DNA from: an uncultured Gammaproteobacteria bacterium
GTDB taxonomy: Bacteria; Patescibacteriota; Patescibacteriia; UBA11705; JABHMO01
DNA: 64,000 nt
Direction of reading: 5' to 3'
Assembly: GCA_964486065.1 (NCBI GenBank)
Contig: CAZAKN010000001.1
Coordinates: 157,640 to 221,639 of the forward strand
The notes beneath the pieces were generated by a model. That model was not told the DNA's origin, did no database searches, and was given only the letters and a program-made list of their open reading frames with translations. Shown in pieces: positions 32,829 through 44,310 of this stretch; the stretch's first letter is position 1, and the number at the start of each line of letters is the position of its first letter. A program made the translations under genes and the position numbers.

Positions 32829-32883
32829 AAAATAAAGGCTCTCCTGCGGAGGGCTTTATTCTTGCTTCAAAAGTTTGAAGTTA

Positions 32884-34272
32884 TTAATTGATTTTTTTAA
32901 TTTCAGTTCCGCCGACAGCGTCTAAAATTTCATAACCCATTTCTTGAACCAATTTTCTAATTTTATCAGCGCGATCATATTTTCCTTTGGCTCGCAATTC
33001 CTCCCTTTCTTGAACCAGTTTTTTCACTTCTTCCGGAATACTGTTTTTTTCATTTCCGTCAAAAGTCATTTCCGCCAATCCCATACCAGCGATTTTATCC
33101 ATTTCCAGCAATGTGGCTCGTTTGTCGGCATCAGTTAAATCGGATTTCAAAACATCATATCCCACAGACATGGCTCTAGGCATATTTAAATCATCTTTTA
33201 CAAATCCCAAATATTTATCAAGAAATTCTTGATTAACTTTTCCCGTTTGCTTACCTAAATTATAAAACTTGGCAATGAATTTTTCGCAAACATTGATAAT
33301 ATTGTCATAGGCTTCCCAACTGAAATTTAGTTTACTGCGATAGTGCGCCATCAAACAATAATAACGGAAAATTATCGGTTCAGAATGTCTTTTTTGCAAA
33401 TCCGTCAAAGTGATTATATTCCCTTTTGATTTGGACATTTTGCCATCGTTCAAAAGTAAAAATTCGCTGTGCATCCAGAAATTCACAAATTTTTTTCCAG
33501 TAACCGCTTCGCTTTGCGCTATTTCATTGGTGTGATGCACAGGGATGTGATCAATTCCTCCCGTATGAATATCCAGCGTTTCTCCCAAGTATTTCATGCT
33601 CATGGCCGAACATTCCAAATGCCAACCGGGAAAACCTTTACCCCAAGGCGATTCCCATTCTTGTTGCCTTTGAACTTTTTCAGAAGAAAACTTCCAAACC
33701 GCGAAATCCGTTGGATTTCTTTTTTCTTGATTAATATGTACTCTGGCTCCTTCTTCTTGCCCGGACAAATTCAATTTGGCCATCCTGCCATAATCCGAAA
33801 ATTTAGCGGTATCAAAATACATGCCATCCGAAGTGCGATAGAGATATCCTTTTTCATCAAGTTTTTTCGCCAAATCAATCTGCTCTTTAATATGATCCGA
33901 AGCTTTGGCCCAAATTTCCGGTTCAATAATATTGAGCTTGGCGATATCGTTTTTAAAAGCATTGGTATAAAAATCAGCGATTTCCTCAGCGCTTTTGGAC
34001 TCCAATCTGGCGCTTTTTTCAATCTTATCTTCACCTCCGTCACCATCATCGGTTAAATGTCCCACATCGGTAATGTTTATCACTTGCTTAACTTCGTAAT
34101 TAAAATATAAAAGTGTTCGTTTCAATAAATCAGAAAACAAATAAGAGCGCAAATTACCGATATGCGCGTAATGATAAACCGTTGGTCCGCAAGTATACAT
34201 GGTCACCAAATTATCATGCAAAGGTTTGAATTCTTCCACTTGGCGAGATAAGGTATTGTAAAATTTAAGCAT
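32884..34272 (-). CDS. cysS: Cysteine--tRNA ligase
   Basis: [23 protein letters not shown]. Confidence 0.97.
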   Translation of the reverse strand: MLKFYNTLSRQVEEFKPLHDNLVTMYTCGPTVYHYAHIGNLRSYLFSDLLKRTLLYFNYEVKQVINITDVGHLTDDGDGGEDKIEKSARLESKSAEEIADFYTNAFKNDIAKLNIIEPEIWAKASDHIKEQIDLAKKLDEKGYLYRTSDGMYFDTAKFSDYGRMAKLNLSGQEEGARVHINQEKRNPTDFAVWKFSSEKVQRQQEWESPWGKGFPGWHLECSAMSMKYLGETLDIHTGGIDHIPVHHTNEIAQSEAVTGKKFVNFWMHSEFLLLNDGKMSKSKGNIITLTDLQKRHSEPIIFRYYCLMAHYRSKLNFSWEAYDNIINVCEKFIAKFYNLGKQTGKVNQEFLDKYLGFVKDDLNMPRAMSVGYDVLKSDLTDADKRATLLEMDKIAGMGLAEMTFDGNEKNSIPEEVKKLVQEREELRAKGKYDRADKIRKLVQEMGYEILDAVGGTEIKKIN

Positions 34273-34318
34273 ATTGTATTTTATGATAAATATTATCTGT
34301 TCATATTTTAGCGAATTT

Positions 34319-34347
34319 CCGGTAAAAATTCAATAAACGAACGCTCC
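34319..34347 (-). terminator. Terminator after dnaJ (hairpin at about 34339-34365)
   Basis: aacgctccgcc-gaa-ggcggagcgtt with an A-rich flank upstream; coordinates approximate. Confidence 0.6.
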
Positions 34348-34365
34348 GCCGAAGGCGGAGCGTTT

Positions 34366-35460
34366 TTATTCATCCCATTGTTCCAATATTTTCTTTTGGT
34401 GTCTGGTTAATTTTTTTGGAACTTCAACTTTGATTATGACATAAAAATCTCCGGCTCCGCCGGCATTTAACCGAGGAACACCTTTGCCTCTTAAACGAAA
34501 CCTTGTACTGGATTGCGTTCCCGCCGGTATTTTCAAATCCACCGTGCCATCCAAAGTGGTAATTTCAATTTTATCACCTAAAGCGGCTTGCTTAAAACTG
34601 ATTTTATGTTCGGTATAAATATCATTACCATGTCTTTCAAAATCAGGATCGGATTTAACTCTCAAGCGAACATACAAATCACCGTTCTGTCCGCCGGCCG
34701 CCGCTTCCCCTCCGCCGGGAACACGCAAAGTTGAACCGTCGGCAATCCCCGCCGGAATAGTTATTTCAATTCTTTCTTTATTTTTAACTACGCCTTGCCC
34801 ACTACACTTGGAACAAAGTTTTTCCGGTATTTTCCCATCACCTTGACATTGCTGACATACTCTTTCCGTACGCATAGCACCCAGAAAAGTTCGTCTGATT
34901 TCTTGCACGCGCCCTTTCCCTTCGCAAACTTCGCAAGTTTTGAATCCACTTCCCGGTTCGGCTTTATTACCATGACAATTCGGACATTTAACGGTTTTGT
35001 ATAATTCAATGGTTTTCTTCACACCAAAAACCGCTTCTTTGAAATCCAAAGCCAAATCAACTTCAATATCATCACCACGCGGAACACCGGCCGATCTTCT
35101 ACCTCCACCGCCAAAACCGAAGATATCGCCGAAAATATCGCCCAAATCTCCCATGTCAAAATTCATGCCTTGAAAACCGCCTCCGCCACCTTGCTTGGCG
35201 TAACGCATGAAATCATCCCAATTCATTCCTCCGCCAAATCCTCCTTGTTGGTCAAAAGTGGAACCGAATTGATCATATTGTTTACGTTTTTGTTCATTAC
35301 CAAGAACTTGATAAGCTTCGTTCACTTCTTTAAACTTGGCTTCATCACCATCTTTTTTATCGGGATGATATTTATGCGCCAATTTACGAAAAGCTTTTTT
35401 TATCTCGTCTTGTCCGGCATTTTTATCAACTTCCAATATTTTATAATAATCTTTTCCCAT
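34366..35460 (-). CDS. dnaJ: Chaperone DnaJ
   Basis: HPD J-domain, G/F region, four CxxCxGxG-type repeats. Confidence 0.97.
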   Translation of the reverse strand: MGKDYYKILEVDKNAGQDEIKKAFRKLAHKYHPDKKDGDEAKFKEVNEAYQVLGNEQKRKQYDQFGSTFDQQGGFGGGMNWDDFMRYAKQGGGGGFQGMNFDMGDLGDIFGDIFGFGGGGRRSAGVPRGDDIEVDLALDFKEAVFGVKKTIELYKTVKCPNCHGNKAEPGSGFKTCEVCEGKGRVQEIRRTFLGAMRTERVCQQCQGDGKIPEKLCSKCSGQGVVKNKERIEITIPAGIADGSTLRVPGGGEAAAGGQNGDLYVRLRVKSDPDFERHGNDIYTEHKISFKQAALGDKIEITTLDGTVDLKIPAGTQSSTRFRLRGKGVPRLNAGGAGDFYVIIKVEVPKKLTRHQKKILEQWDE

Positions 35461-35486
35461 GTGTTAATTGAAGTATTATGTTTAAT

Positions 35487-35813
35487 CTAAGCCACTTCCC
35501 AATTATCAATATCCGGCTTGTCCCCGATTTTACGCGGTGACTTTGTTTGATAATCATTCTTTTCAGGCATCGGTATTTCTCCGAATTTTTTTTCATATTT
35601 TTCCAAATTTTCGTTTAACGCCTTGATCATGCTTTTAAAATGTTTTGGCGTAGCCACCAATTTGGATACCGTTTTTCCGGTCGGCGGTAATATATTGGCG
35701 AAAATCAAATGAAATTCTTCTTGATTATGATTAACTTGCAACATATTGGCATAATCTGCTCCAGGCACTTTATCGGCTATTTTAATCTCTGTTTTTTTGT
35801 TTGATTGCTCCAT
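35487..35813 (-). CDS. DUF3467-like protein
   Basis: YANMLQVNH..EEF..F...P.HFK....L.ENL.KYEKKFGEI. Confidence 0.75.
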   Translation of the reverse strand: MEQSNKKTEIKIADKVPGADYANMLQVNHNQEEFHLIFANILPPTGKTVSKLVATPKHFKSMIKALNENLEKYEKKFGEIPMPEKNDYQTKSPRKIGDKPDIDNWEVA

Positions 35814-35833
35814 AAAATATTTGTTTAATTTTA

Positions 35834-36256
35834 TTATTTATCACGCCAGCCAAACTCTTTCATTTGCTCGGCCATTTCTTGATCAGATAATTCAAGATTC
35901 GGATCTTCTTCCGGCCCCGCTTCTTCTTCTTTCGGTACGGTGAAATTGAAATCTTCGGATTTAATCATTCGCAAATTTTTCTCTCTTGCTTTGCGACGAA
36001 TTTCTCTATCTGATGAAATTAAAATATCACCGGGACGATTATTTTCCATAATAAAATCAATCAATCCCTTATCCGCGTCGCCGGTAAAATTCACTTCCAC
36101 GCGACTCACGGAAAGATCATTATTTGAATATCCATCAAAAAATATTACCGCTTTTTTGTTATAAGCTTGGCAATACTTTGCCAAAGCCGCTATCAATTCT
36201 TGATTGGTTTCAAAATCGGTCTGATACAATAGATTGTAACCGTCTATCAAAAGCAT
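35834..36256 (-). CDS. NYN/YacP-like PIN-domain ribonuclease
   Basis: LIDGYN, FFDG, DAD, ISSDREI. Confidence 0.85.
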   Translation of the reverse strand: MLLIDGYNLLYQTDFETNQELIAALAKYCQAYNKKAVIFFDGYSNNDLSVSRVEVNFTGDADKGLIDFIMENNRPGDILISSDREIRRKAREKNLRMIKSEDFNFTVPKEEEAGPEEDPNLELSDQEMAEQMKEFGWRDK

Positions 36257-36374
36257 AAAACATTAATCATATAATACCGAGAAACCGCTTTTATCTCAAA
36301 CCTTTGGCAAAACAAGAACACTTACTTAGCGAAATATTTTAAACAATTTCCGGTTTCCGATTGCTTTTATCTTT

Positions 36375-38378
<2,004 letters not shown>

Positions 38379-38424
38379 TTACTTTATCAAGGCGGAGACA
38401 GATCTCCACCTCATAAAACAAATA

Positions 38425-38850
38425 TTATTTTTTCTTATTGTTGACTTTGACGGCAATTTTTTTACTCTTCTTTTCCGGCGCTTTTGGCACTGAAACTTTT
38501 AAAACACCGTCTTGATAAGCGGCGGACGCTTTATCTCCCAAAACATGTTTGGGAAGCGCCACTTGACGAAAAAAACTGCCGGAACGAATTTCACGGCGAT
38601 AATAATTCTTGTCTTCCACTTCTGATTTTTTTTGCATTTTTCCTTGCAAAGTGAGCACATCGTCTTCAATACTGATATCCACTTTTTCAGGATCAATTCC
38701 GGCCAAAGGAATTTCCACGATCAAATCTCTTCCTTTTTCATAGATGTCCACCGCCGGAGCAAAACCGACCGGAGCTTTTACGCCGGAATTCTCAAAAAAT
38801 TTGTCAAAATCATCAAATGATTCCATAAAAGGTTTCCAAGGTATAAGCAT
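38425..38850 (-). CDS. Hsp20 small heat shock protein
   Basis: PAVDIYE, REIRSGSFFR, AxYxDGVLKV. Confidence 0.93.
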   Translation of the reverse strand: MLIPWKPFMESFDDFDKFFENSGVKAPVGFAPAVDIYEKGRDLIVEIPLAGIDPEKVDISIEDDVLTLQGKMQKKSEVEDKNYYRREIRSGSFFRQVALPKHVLGDKASAAYQDGVLKVSVPKAPEKKSKKIAVKVNNKKK

Positions 38851-38981
38851 ATTTTTGTGAGTTTAACGGCCGAGCCGATTGACGAGACAAGCATCGCCTT
38901 GTCAACCGCGGTCGCAACCCAAGTTATTTATCACATAACACTGAACGCGAAATAAATCAAAGCAATATCTTATCTTATGTT

Positions 38982-39482
38982 TTATGCTTTATTTTCCAAG
39001 TTGTTTACAACAACTTTGGCCGCTTGCAAAACTTTATCTCCAAGTAAATAACCGGAGCGTTTGCATTCTATTATTTCCCCATCTTTTTTATCGGACAAGC
39101 TGGCACTTTCCACGGCTTCATGAAATTCCGGATTAAACATTTCTCCGTGCGGATTAATTTCCTTTACTCCCAAATCCGTGAAAAAATCTTGTAATTGTTT
39201 TTTTATGTATTCAAATCCTTTTACCCAAGGATTATCTTTATCCTTCTCAGCTTGCGTCAAGGCGACATTGAAATTATCCAAAATCGGCAATAAACTTGTG
39301 ATCAAATTACCATTGGCGTATTTAATCAATTCCGCTTTTTCTTCCGCTGTTTGTTTTTGTAAATTTTGATAATCAGCTTGCGCCCTTTTCCATCCGGCTA
39401 AATACTCTTCACATTTTTGTTTCAATTCAGACAATTCGTCTTTTTTCTGTTTGGTTTTTGGAATTTTTTTATCTTTTGGCAT
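38982..39482 (-). CDS. grpE: Nucleotide exchange factor GrpE
   Basis: RAQADYQN, LLPILDN, FNPEFHEA, GYLLGDKVL. Confidence 0.95.
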   Translation of the reverse strand: MPKDKKIPKTKQKKDELSELKQKCEEYLAGWKRAQADYQNLQKQTAEEKAELIKYANGNLITSLLPILDNFNVALTQAEKDKDNPWVKGFEYIKKQLQDFFTDLGVKEINPHGEMFNPEFHEAVESASLSDKKDGEIIECKRSGYLLGDKVLQAAKVVVNNLENKA

Positions 39483-39582
39483 ATAAGGAATATAAATAAA
39501 TATTTTTTAAACTACCAGGGAGAGCTTGGAAATTTTCTTCATTTTCGACAGAAGCTCCGCGATCCGTACTTTTTTACCGATT

Positions 39583-40287
39583 CTACTTTACTCCGCCAAG
39601 CAATTTCACACTGTCTCTGATCAAAGCGTAATTTTTTTCGTACTTCATCCGCATGGGACCAAGTAGCGCGATCACCCCTTTATATTTCCCCAACCGGTAA
39701 CCGGAAACAATTAAACTGCAATCACAACCGAACGGATTATCCGAGCCGATCAAGATTTCGGGTTCTTTAATTTCATTTTTTAAAAAATCGCAAATTTTAC
39801 TGTCCATGTGTTCAATAACCGAAGACAAGTTTATCACCAATTCGGGACTGTTGAACTCCGGCTGAGAAAAAATGTTGGATAATCCCGTATAATAATTATC
39901 ACATTCGGAAAAAGCCACCATCACTCCTTGCCCCGACAATAGTGCCACGGCTTTGGCGAAATTTTTCAATTTCAATCTATCTTCTTGATCAATACTTTGC
40001 AATTCGCGCAAAATCTTGCTTTCTTTGGCTGATAAATCTCTGTCTTTATCCAAATATCTGGACACATAATGTCTATACGCTTTTTCCGTGGGAATTCTAC
40101 CTGCCGAAGTATGTGGCTGAAATATAAATCCATCCCGTTCCAAACCAGCCATATCATTGCGCACGGTAGCCGGACTGACCTGCTCTTTTAAAGACGCCGC
40201 CAAAAGACCCGAAGCGATAGGTTGCGCCTCGGCAATAAACGAATCAATTATTTTTTTGAGAACTTGCTCTTTTCTTTGTTCGCTCAT
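39583..40287 (-). CDS. hrcA: Heat-inducible repressor HrcA (short form)
   Basis: SPATVRNDM, QPHTSAGRIPT, GPMRMKY. Confidence 0.93.
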   Translation of the reverse strand: MSEQRKEQVLKKIIDSFIAEAQPIASGLLAASLKEQVSPATVRNDMAGLERDGFIFQPHTSAGRIPTEKAYRHYVSRYLDKDRDLSAKESKILRELQSIDQEDRLKLKNFAKAVALLSGQGVMVAFSECDNYYTGLSNIFSQPEFNSPELVINLSSVIEHMDSKICDFLKNEIKEPEILIGSDNPFGCDCSLIVSGYRLGKYKGVIALLGPMRMKYEKNYALIRDSVKLLGGVK

Positions 40288-40322
40288 ATTCAATTGTTTA
40301 CGCTTATATTATAAAAATAAAA

Positions 40323-40349
40323 TTAGCACTCGTCAAGTTAGAGTGCTAA
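40323..40349. promoter_or_regulatory. CIRCE operator (HrcA binding site)
   Basis: Perfect TTAGCACTC-N9-GAGTGCTAA upstream of hrcA. Confidence 0.97.
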
Positions 40350-40369
40350 TCGCTGTAAACTCGGTCAAT

Positions 40370-41596
40370 CTAGCCCATCCCGCTTTCTCCCGTCAGTCGT
40401 GAAAATATTCTCATGAGTTTTTTATAATAAGTTTCAAAATCATTATCTTTTTCAATTTGCGCTCGGGCCGCGCGGCCCATTCTCTCAAGTTCACCTGACG
40501 GCAAATCATACATTTCTTTTATGCGTTTCGCCAAGTCCTGTTCATTGCCGGCTTGAAAAAATCTTCCGGTTTTATCCGGTGCCACAAGTTCTTTGGCTCC
40601 TCCCAATTTACTGGATAAAACCGGCTTACCCATGGCATAGGATTCCAAAATCACCATGGGATAGTTTTCATATGACTCGGAAGGAAAAACCGTAAAACGA
40701 GCTTTACTGATAATTTTTTGTAAATCTTTACCGTATTTGGCGCCGAGAAATTCTGTATTTTGCAATTTATATTTTCGCGCCAAGCGTTTAGCCTCCGTGG
40801 CCAGCGGACCTTTACCCACAATTTTAAGTGGTAGCTCGGGATTGGCTCGCATAGCTTTCAATAAAGTGAGAATGCCTTTATGACCGATCAAGCGACCGAT
40901 AAAAACAATGTCTTTACCTGCTTCATATCGGGGCACGAAATTTCGCAAATCAAGCGCGTTAGTAATCACTTCCACCGGCTGTTTAACTCCCCAATCTTGA
41001 ATTTTTCGCGCCAAAAATTTACTCGGTGAAATAAATAAATCAATTTTGCGACGATAATAACCGAAAAACCATTGCAAGTAAAGCTCTTTGGCGGCAAGAA
41101 TACTCGCCAAATACGAATCCTGTACGCATTTATTTAATATGCAATTGTAATATTTACGCTTTTTGCAACGCTCGCAAACCGCATTCTCGGTATAAAGCGA
41201 ATAATTCGGACAAATTATTTGATAATCATGCAAAGTTTGGATTACAGGAATTTTTCGCTTATTTAACGGCTTTAAGATTGAAGGAGACAGATAATGATGA
41301 ATATTGTGTAAATGCGCCACATCCGGCGAAAATTCTCGTAAAAGCGATTCCAATCTGCGCGCCGCTTCAGGATAATAAATATAGCGAAAACTTTTTCCCA
41401 ACCACCCGCTATGTTCTGAAAAATCCGTATTGGGAACAAAAAAAATATCTTGCTCGCAAGGCTCGTTCCTTAGATCTTCCATGGAAAAACATTGCACTTC
41501 ATGTCCCTTGCTTTCCAATAATTCCTTTTCTTGCAAATATACTCGCTCCGCACCTCCGCGCAAATAGTGAAATTTGTTGATCAGTAAAATTTTCAT
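40370..41596 (-). CDS. GT4 glycosyltransferase
   Basis: RGGAE, HLHN, TLHDY..CP, PSESYENYPMVILE. Confidence 0.9.
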   Translation of the reverse strand: MKILLINKFHYLRGGAERVYLQEKELLESKGHEVQCFSMEDLRNEPCEQDIFFVPNTDFSEHSGWLGKSFRYIYYPEAARRLESLLREFSPDVAHLHNIHHYLSPSILKPLNKRKIPVIQTLHDYQIICPNYSLYTENAVCERCKKRKYYNCILNKCVQDSYLASILAAKELYLQWFFGYYRRKIDLFISPSKFLARKIQDWGVKQPVEVITNALDLRNFVPRYEAGKDIVFIGRLIGHKGILTLLKAMRANPELPLKIVGKGPLATEAKRLARKYKLQNTEFLGAKYGKDLQKIISKARFTVFPSESYENYPMVILESYAMGKPVLSSKLGGAKELVAPDKTGRFFQAGNEQDLAKRIKEMYDLPSGELERMGRAARAQIEKDNDFETYYKKLMRIFSRLTGESGMG

Positions 41597-42667
41597 TTAT
41601 AAACTGTTATATAAATCTTGGTATTGTTTGACCGTTAAGTTAATATCAAATTTTTCTTTAACATCATTTTGCATTTGCGCGGCCAATTTCTTTGCTTCGC
41701 GCGGATTTTCAAAAACCCATTGCAAATGCGAAAAAAGCTGTTCTATATTCTTCGCCTTGAAAAGCAATCCGTTTTTTTTATCTTGAATTATTTCCGGAAC
41801 TCCTCCCACATTCGTGCCGATAACCAGACACCCGGCGGCGGAAGCTTCCAAAACGGCCAAACTGAGTCCTTCACTTTCCGAGGGTAAAACAAACACATCC
41901 CAAGTCGCCAAATATTTCTTCACATCATGAGTAGTCCCAATGAATTTCACATTTTCCTTCATGCCCAGACCAGACACTATACTTTCCAACTCTCCACGCA
42001 AAGGACCATCCCCCACCAATTGCAAACGCCAATCTTCTTTCGGCAAAAAACGGCAAGCTCGGATCAAATGTTTATGTCCTTTTTCTTTGCTCATTCTTCC
42101 CACATTGCCGATAATAAAAGGTTTATTTTTTAATATTTTCTTATCAGGATTGGCGAATTTTCGCGTATCAATGCCATTGTAAATCACTTCCACTTTTTCA
42201 AAATCCAAACCTTCATTATTTATCAAATGTTCGCGGATAACATTGGAAATGGCAATCACTTTATCCATTTTTTTACGCGAACGATTGCCGAGAAATGTCT
42301 TGGCGCGACCTTCGTTTAAAATGTCATGCCTCGTGCTGATAATTTTTTTCACCTCCGCGCGACGAGCCGCCCAAGCTCCCCAAAAATCAGCTGCGAACAA
42401 ATTGGTGTGAACAATATCCGGTTTTTCTTGTTTTAAATACAAAGTTAAACGATTCACCAACTCCACATCGGTTTTACCCGATTTATTGAAAGTTTTTACT
42501 TCAATACCGTATTCTTCAAAATCAGGCAATAAAAAATTATCATCATCTCGCATCACGCAAACACTGATTTTAAATTTTTGCTTGTCTATGCGCTTACAAA
42601 TATCCAGAAGCAATCTTTCCGCCCCCCCATAACCCAAGCCTCCTATCATGTAACAAATTTTTTTCAT
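41597..42667 (-). CDS. GT4 glycosyltransferase
   Basis: GGAE, IYNGID, DVFVLPSESEGL...LEA. Confidence 0.9.
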   Translation of the reverse strand: MKKICYMIGGLGYGGAERLLLDICKRIDKQKFKISVCVMRDDDNFLLPDFEEYGIEVKTFNKSGKTDVELVNRLTLYLKQEKPDIVHTNLFAADFWGAWAARRAEVKKIISTRHDILNEGRAKTFLGNRSRKKMDKVIAISNVIREHLINNEGLDFEKVEVIYNGIDTRKFANPDKKILKNKPFIIGNVGRMSKEKGHKHLIRACRFLPKEDWRLQLVGDGPLRGELESIVSGLGMKENVKFIGTTHDVKKYLATWDVFVLPSESEGLSLAVLEASAAGCLVIGTNVGGVPEIIQDKKNGLLFKAKNIEQLFSHLQWVFENPREAKKLAAQMQNDVKEKFDINLTVKQYQDLYNSL

Positions 42668-42713
42668 ATATTTATTATCTTCACTTCCAACTTAATGAAA
42701 ATCGGTAATTAAA

Positions 42714-44141
42714 TCAAGATTTGGCATATCTTGGATCTTTTTTAACAAGTTCCGAGCCCACCAACATTAATCCGCAAGGTAGCCACATTTTGGCTATAAA
42801 ATATGAAGTGGAAAAAAGTTGCGCGAAAAACATTCCGCCGGCCATGAGAAACAATGCCAAAATCAACATTTGACCTTCGTGATTAACACTGAAAAACATT
42901 TTGCCCGTGCGATAAAACAACCATATAAAAAATATGACAAATGAAATAAATCCGAATAAGCCGGTTTCGGTTAAAAGTTTTTGGATAAAACCATGGGCAT
43001 CCAAGGGATCACCGTATTGAACCCAAAAAGCGAATGTTTCACCGATGATTTCTTGAAAAGTTCCCAATCCATGCCCGACAAATGGATGTTCTCCCCAAGC
43101 GGACAAAGTGATCATGGTCATCATCAAACGATTGGAAGTGGAAGTTTGCACTTCCTTTTCTTGCACCCAAACGGTAGAATAAAAAACTCCCATCGCCAAA
43201 ACAAGTAAAACCAAAACCGCGATTATTTCAAATTTTTTGAATTTGAATTTTATCAAATGATCTTTGTATAAAAATAAAGCCAAAGCTAAAACCTGTAAAC
43301 CCAAAACCAGCCAGCCCGTTCGCGAAAATGTCAACATAAGCACGATGCTCATAAACAAGATGGCCAATAAATACCAACCCTGATGCTTGATTTTCCTCGC
43401 CGTGAAAAATAAAAACAAAGCCGCCGGCACGGCAATTATCAAACTTTCCGCCACAGCGTTATGATTCCCCTCCAGCCAATTCAATCCGAAAATCGGCCAC
43501 GGCGTGGCTCTACGCATAAACCAACCTCCTTCACTGAAAAGAACGGTCAAAAATCCCAGCGTAGCTGACAATAGTCCACCCGCCAAAATCATCCAAAGAA
43601 TTTTTTTTAATTCCACTTTACTTTTTATGATATTGAACGGCAAAACCATAAACATGATGTAAGCGAAAACCAAAGGACGAAGAAAAAACTCAGCAGACAA
43701 CTGCCAGTGCGGAGTATTGATAAAAGATAAAGCCGATGCCACGAAAAAAATCAAGGCATAAGTCCAACCGGGCATGCGAGTTATGCTGGGCTCCTCCGGA
43801 GAGGGACGACAGACTGCGCCTTTAAGAAATTGACCGGTTAGCATGCGCATTAAAATTCCTGCAAGTAAAAGCAAAGCGAATAAATCAACATACGGGACAC
43901 TGAATCCGAAAGTTTCGGCTCTCAACCCCCAAAACGGCATAAAAAATGCCATTAAATAAAGTCCCAAAATCGGATAGACCGCAAACAATAAGGATATCAA
44001 CATGGCCACTTCAAAAAACAAAACATAAAGCCATGGAAAAAAATAACTGCCTATAAAACCGGCTATCACAAAAACAATTAAGAAAAAGCCACTCATTTTT
44101 TTCAAATCCTCAGCACTCAATTTAAATGTTTTATTATTCAT
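42714..44141 (-). CDS. O-antigen ligase family protein
   Basis: Multi-TM; LTFSRTGW, HPFVGHGLG, DAH...ETGLFG. Confidence 0.85.
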   Translation of the reverse strand: MNNKTFKLSAEDLKKMSGFFLIVFVIAGFIGSYFFPWLYVLFFEVAMLISLLFAVYPILGLYLMAFFMPFWGLRAETFGFSVPYVDLFALLLLAGILMRMLTGQFLKGAVCRPSPEEPSITRMPGWTYALIFFVASALSFINTPHWQLSAEFFLRPLVFAYIMFMVLPFNIIKSKVELKKILWMILAGGLLSATLGFLTVLFSEGGWFMRRATPWPIFGLNWLEGNHNAVAESLIIAVPAALFLFFTARKIKHQGWYLLAILFMSIVLMLTFSRTGWLVLGLQVLALALFLYKDHLIKFKFKKFEIIAVLVLLVLAMGVFYSTVWVQEKEVQTSTSNRLMMTMITLSAWGEHPFVGHGLGTFQEIIGETFAFWVQYGDPLDAHGFIQKLLTETGLFGFISFVIFFIWLFYRTGKMFFSVNHEGQMLILALFLMAGGMFFAQLFSTSYFIAKMWLPCGLMLVGSELVKKDPRYAKS

Positions 44142-44265
44142 ATTGTACAAATTATAGCATATTTTTGATTATAATCACACAAAAAAAGTCTGTTCACAAA
44201 ACACGGAATTCCAAACATGGAAAATTCTTAACGATCTATGATCCGTGTTTTGTGGCAAATAAAAA

Positions 44266-44289
44266 AGGCGGAAGCTGTTGCTTCCGCCT
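44266..44289 (-). terminator. Terminator of lipoprotein L1
   Basis: aggcggaagc-tgtt-gcttccgcct with an A-tract. Confidence 0.8.
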
Positions 44290-44310
44290 GAAAGTTATAA
44301 AGAACGAAGT

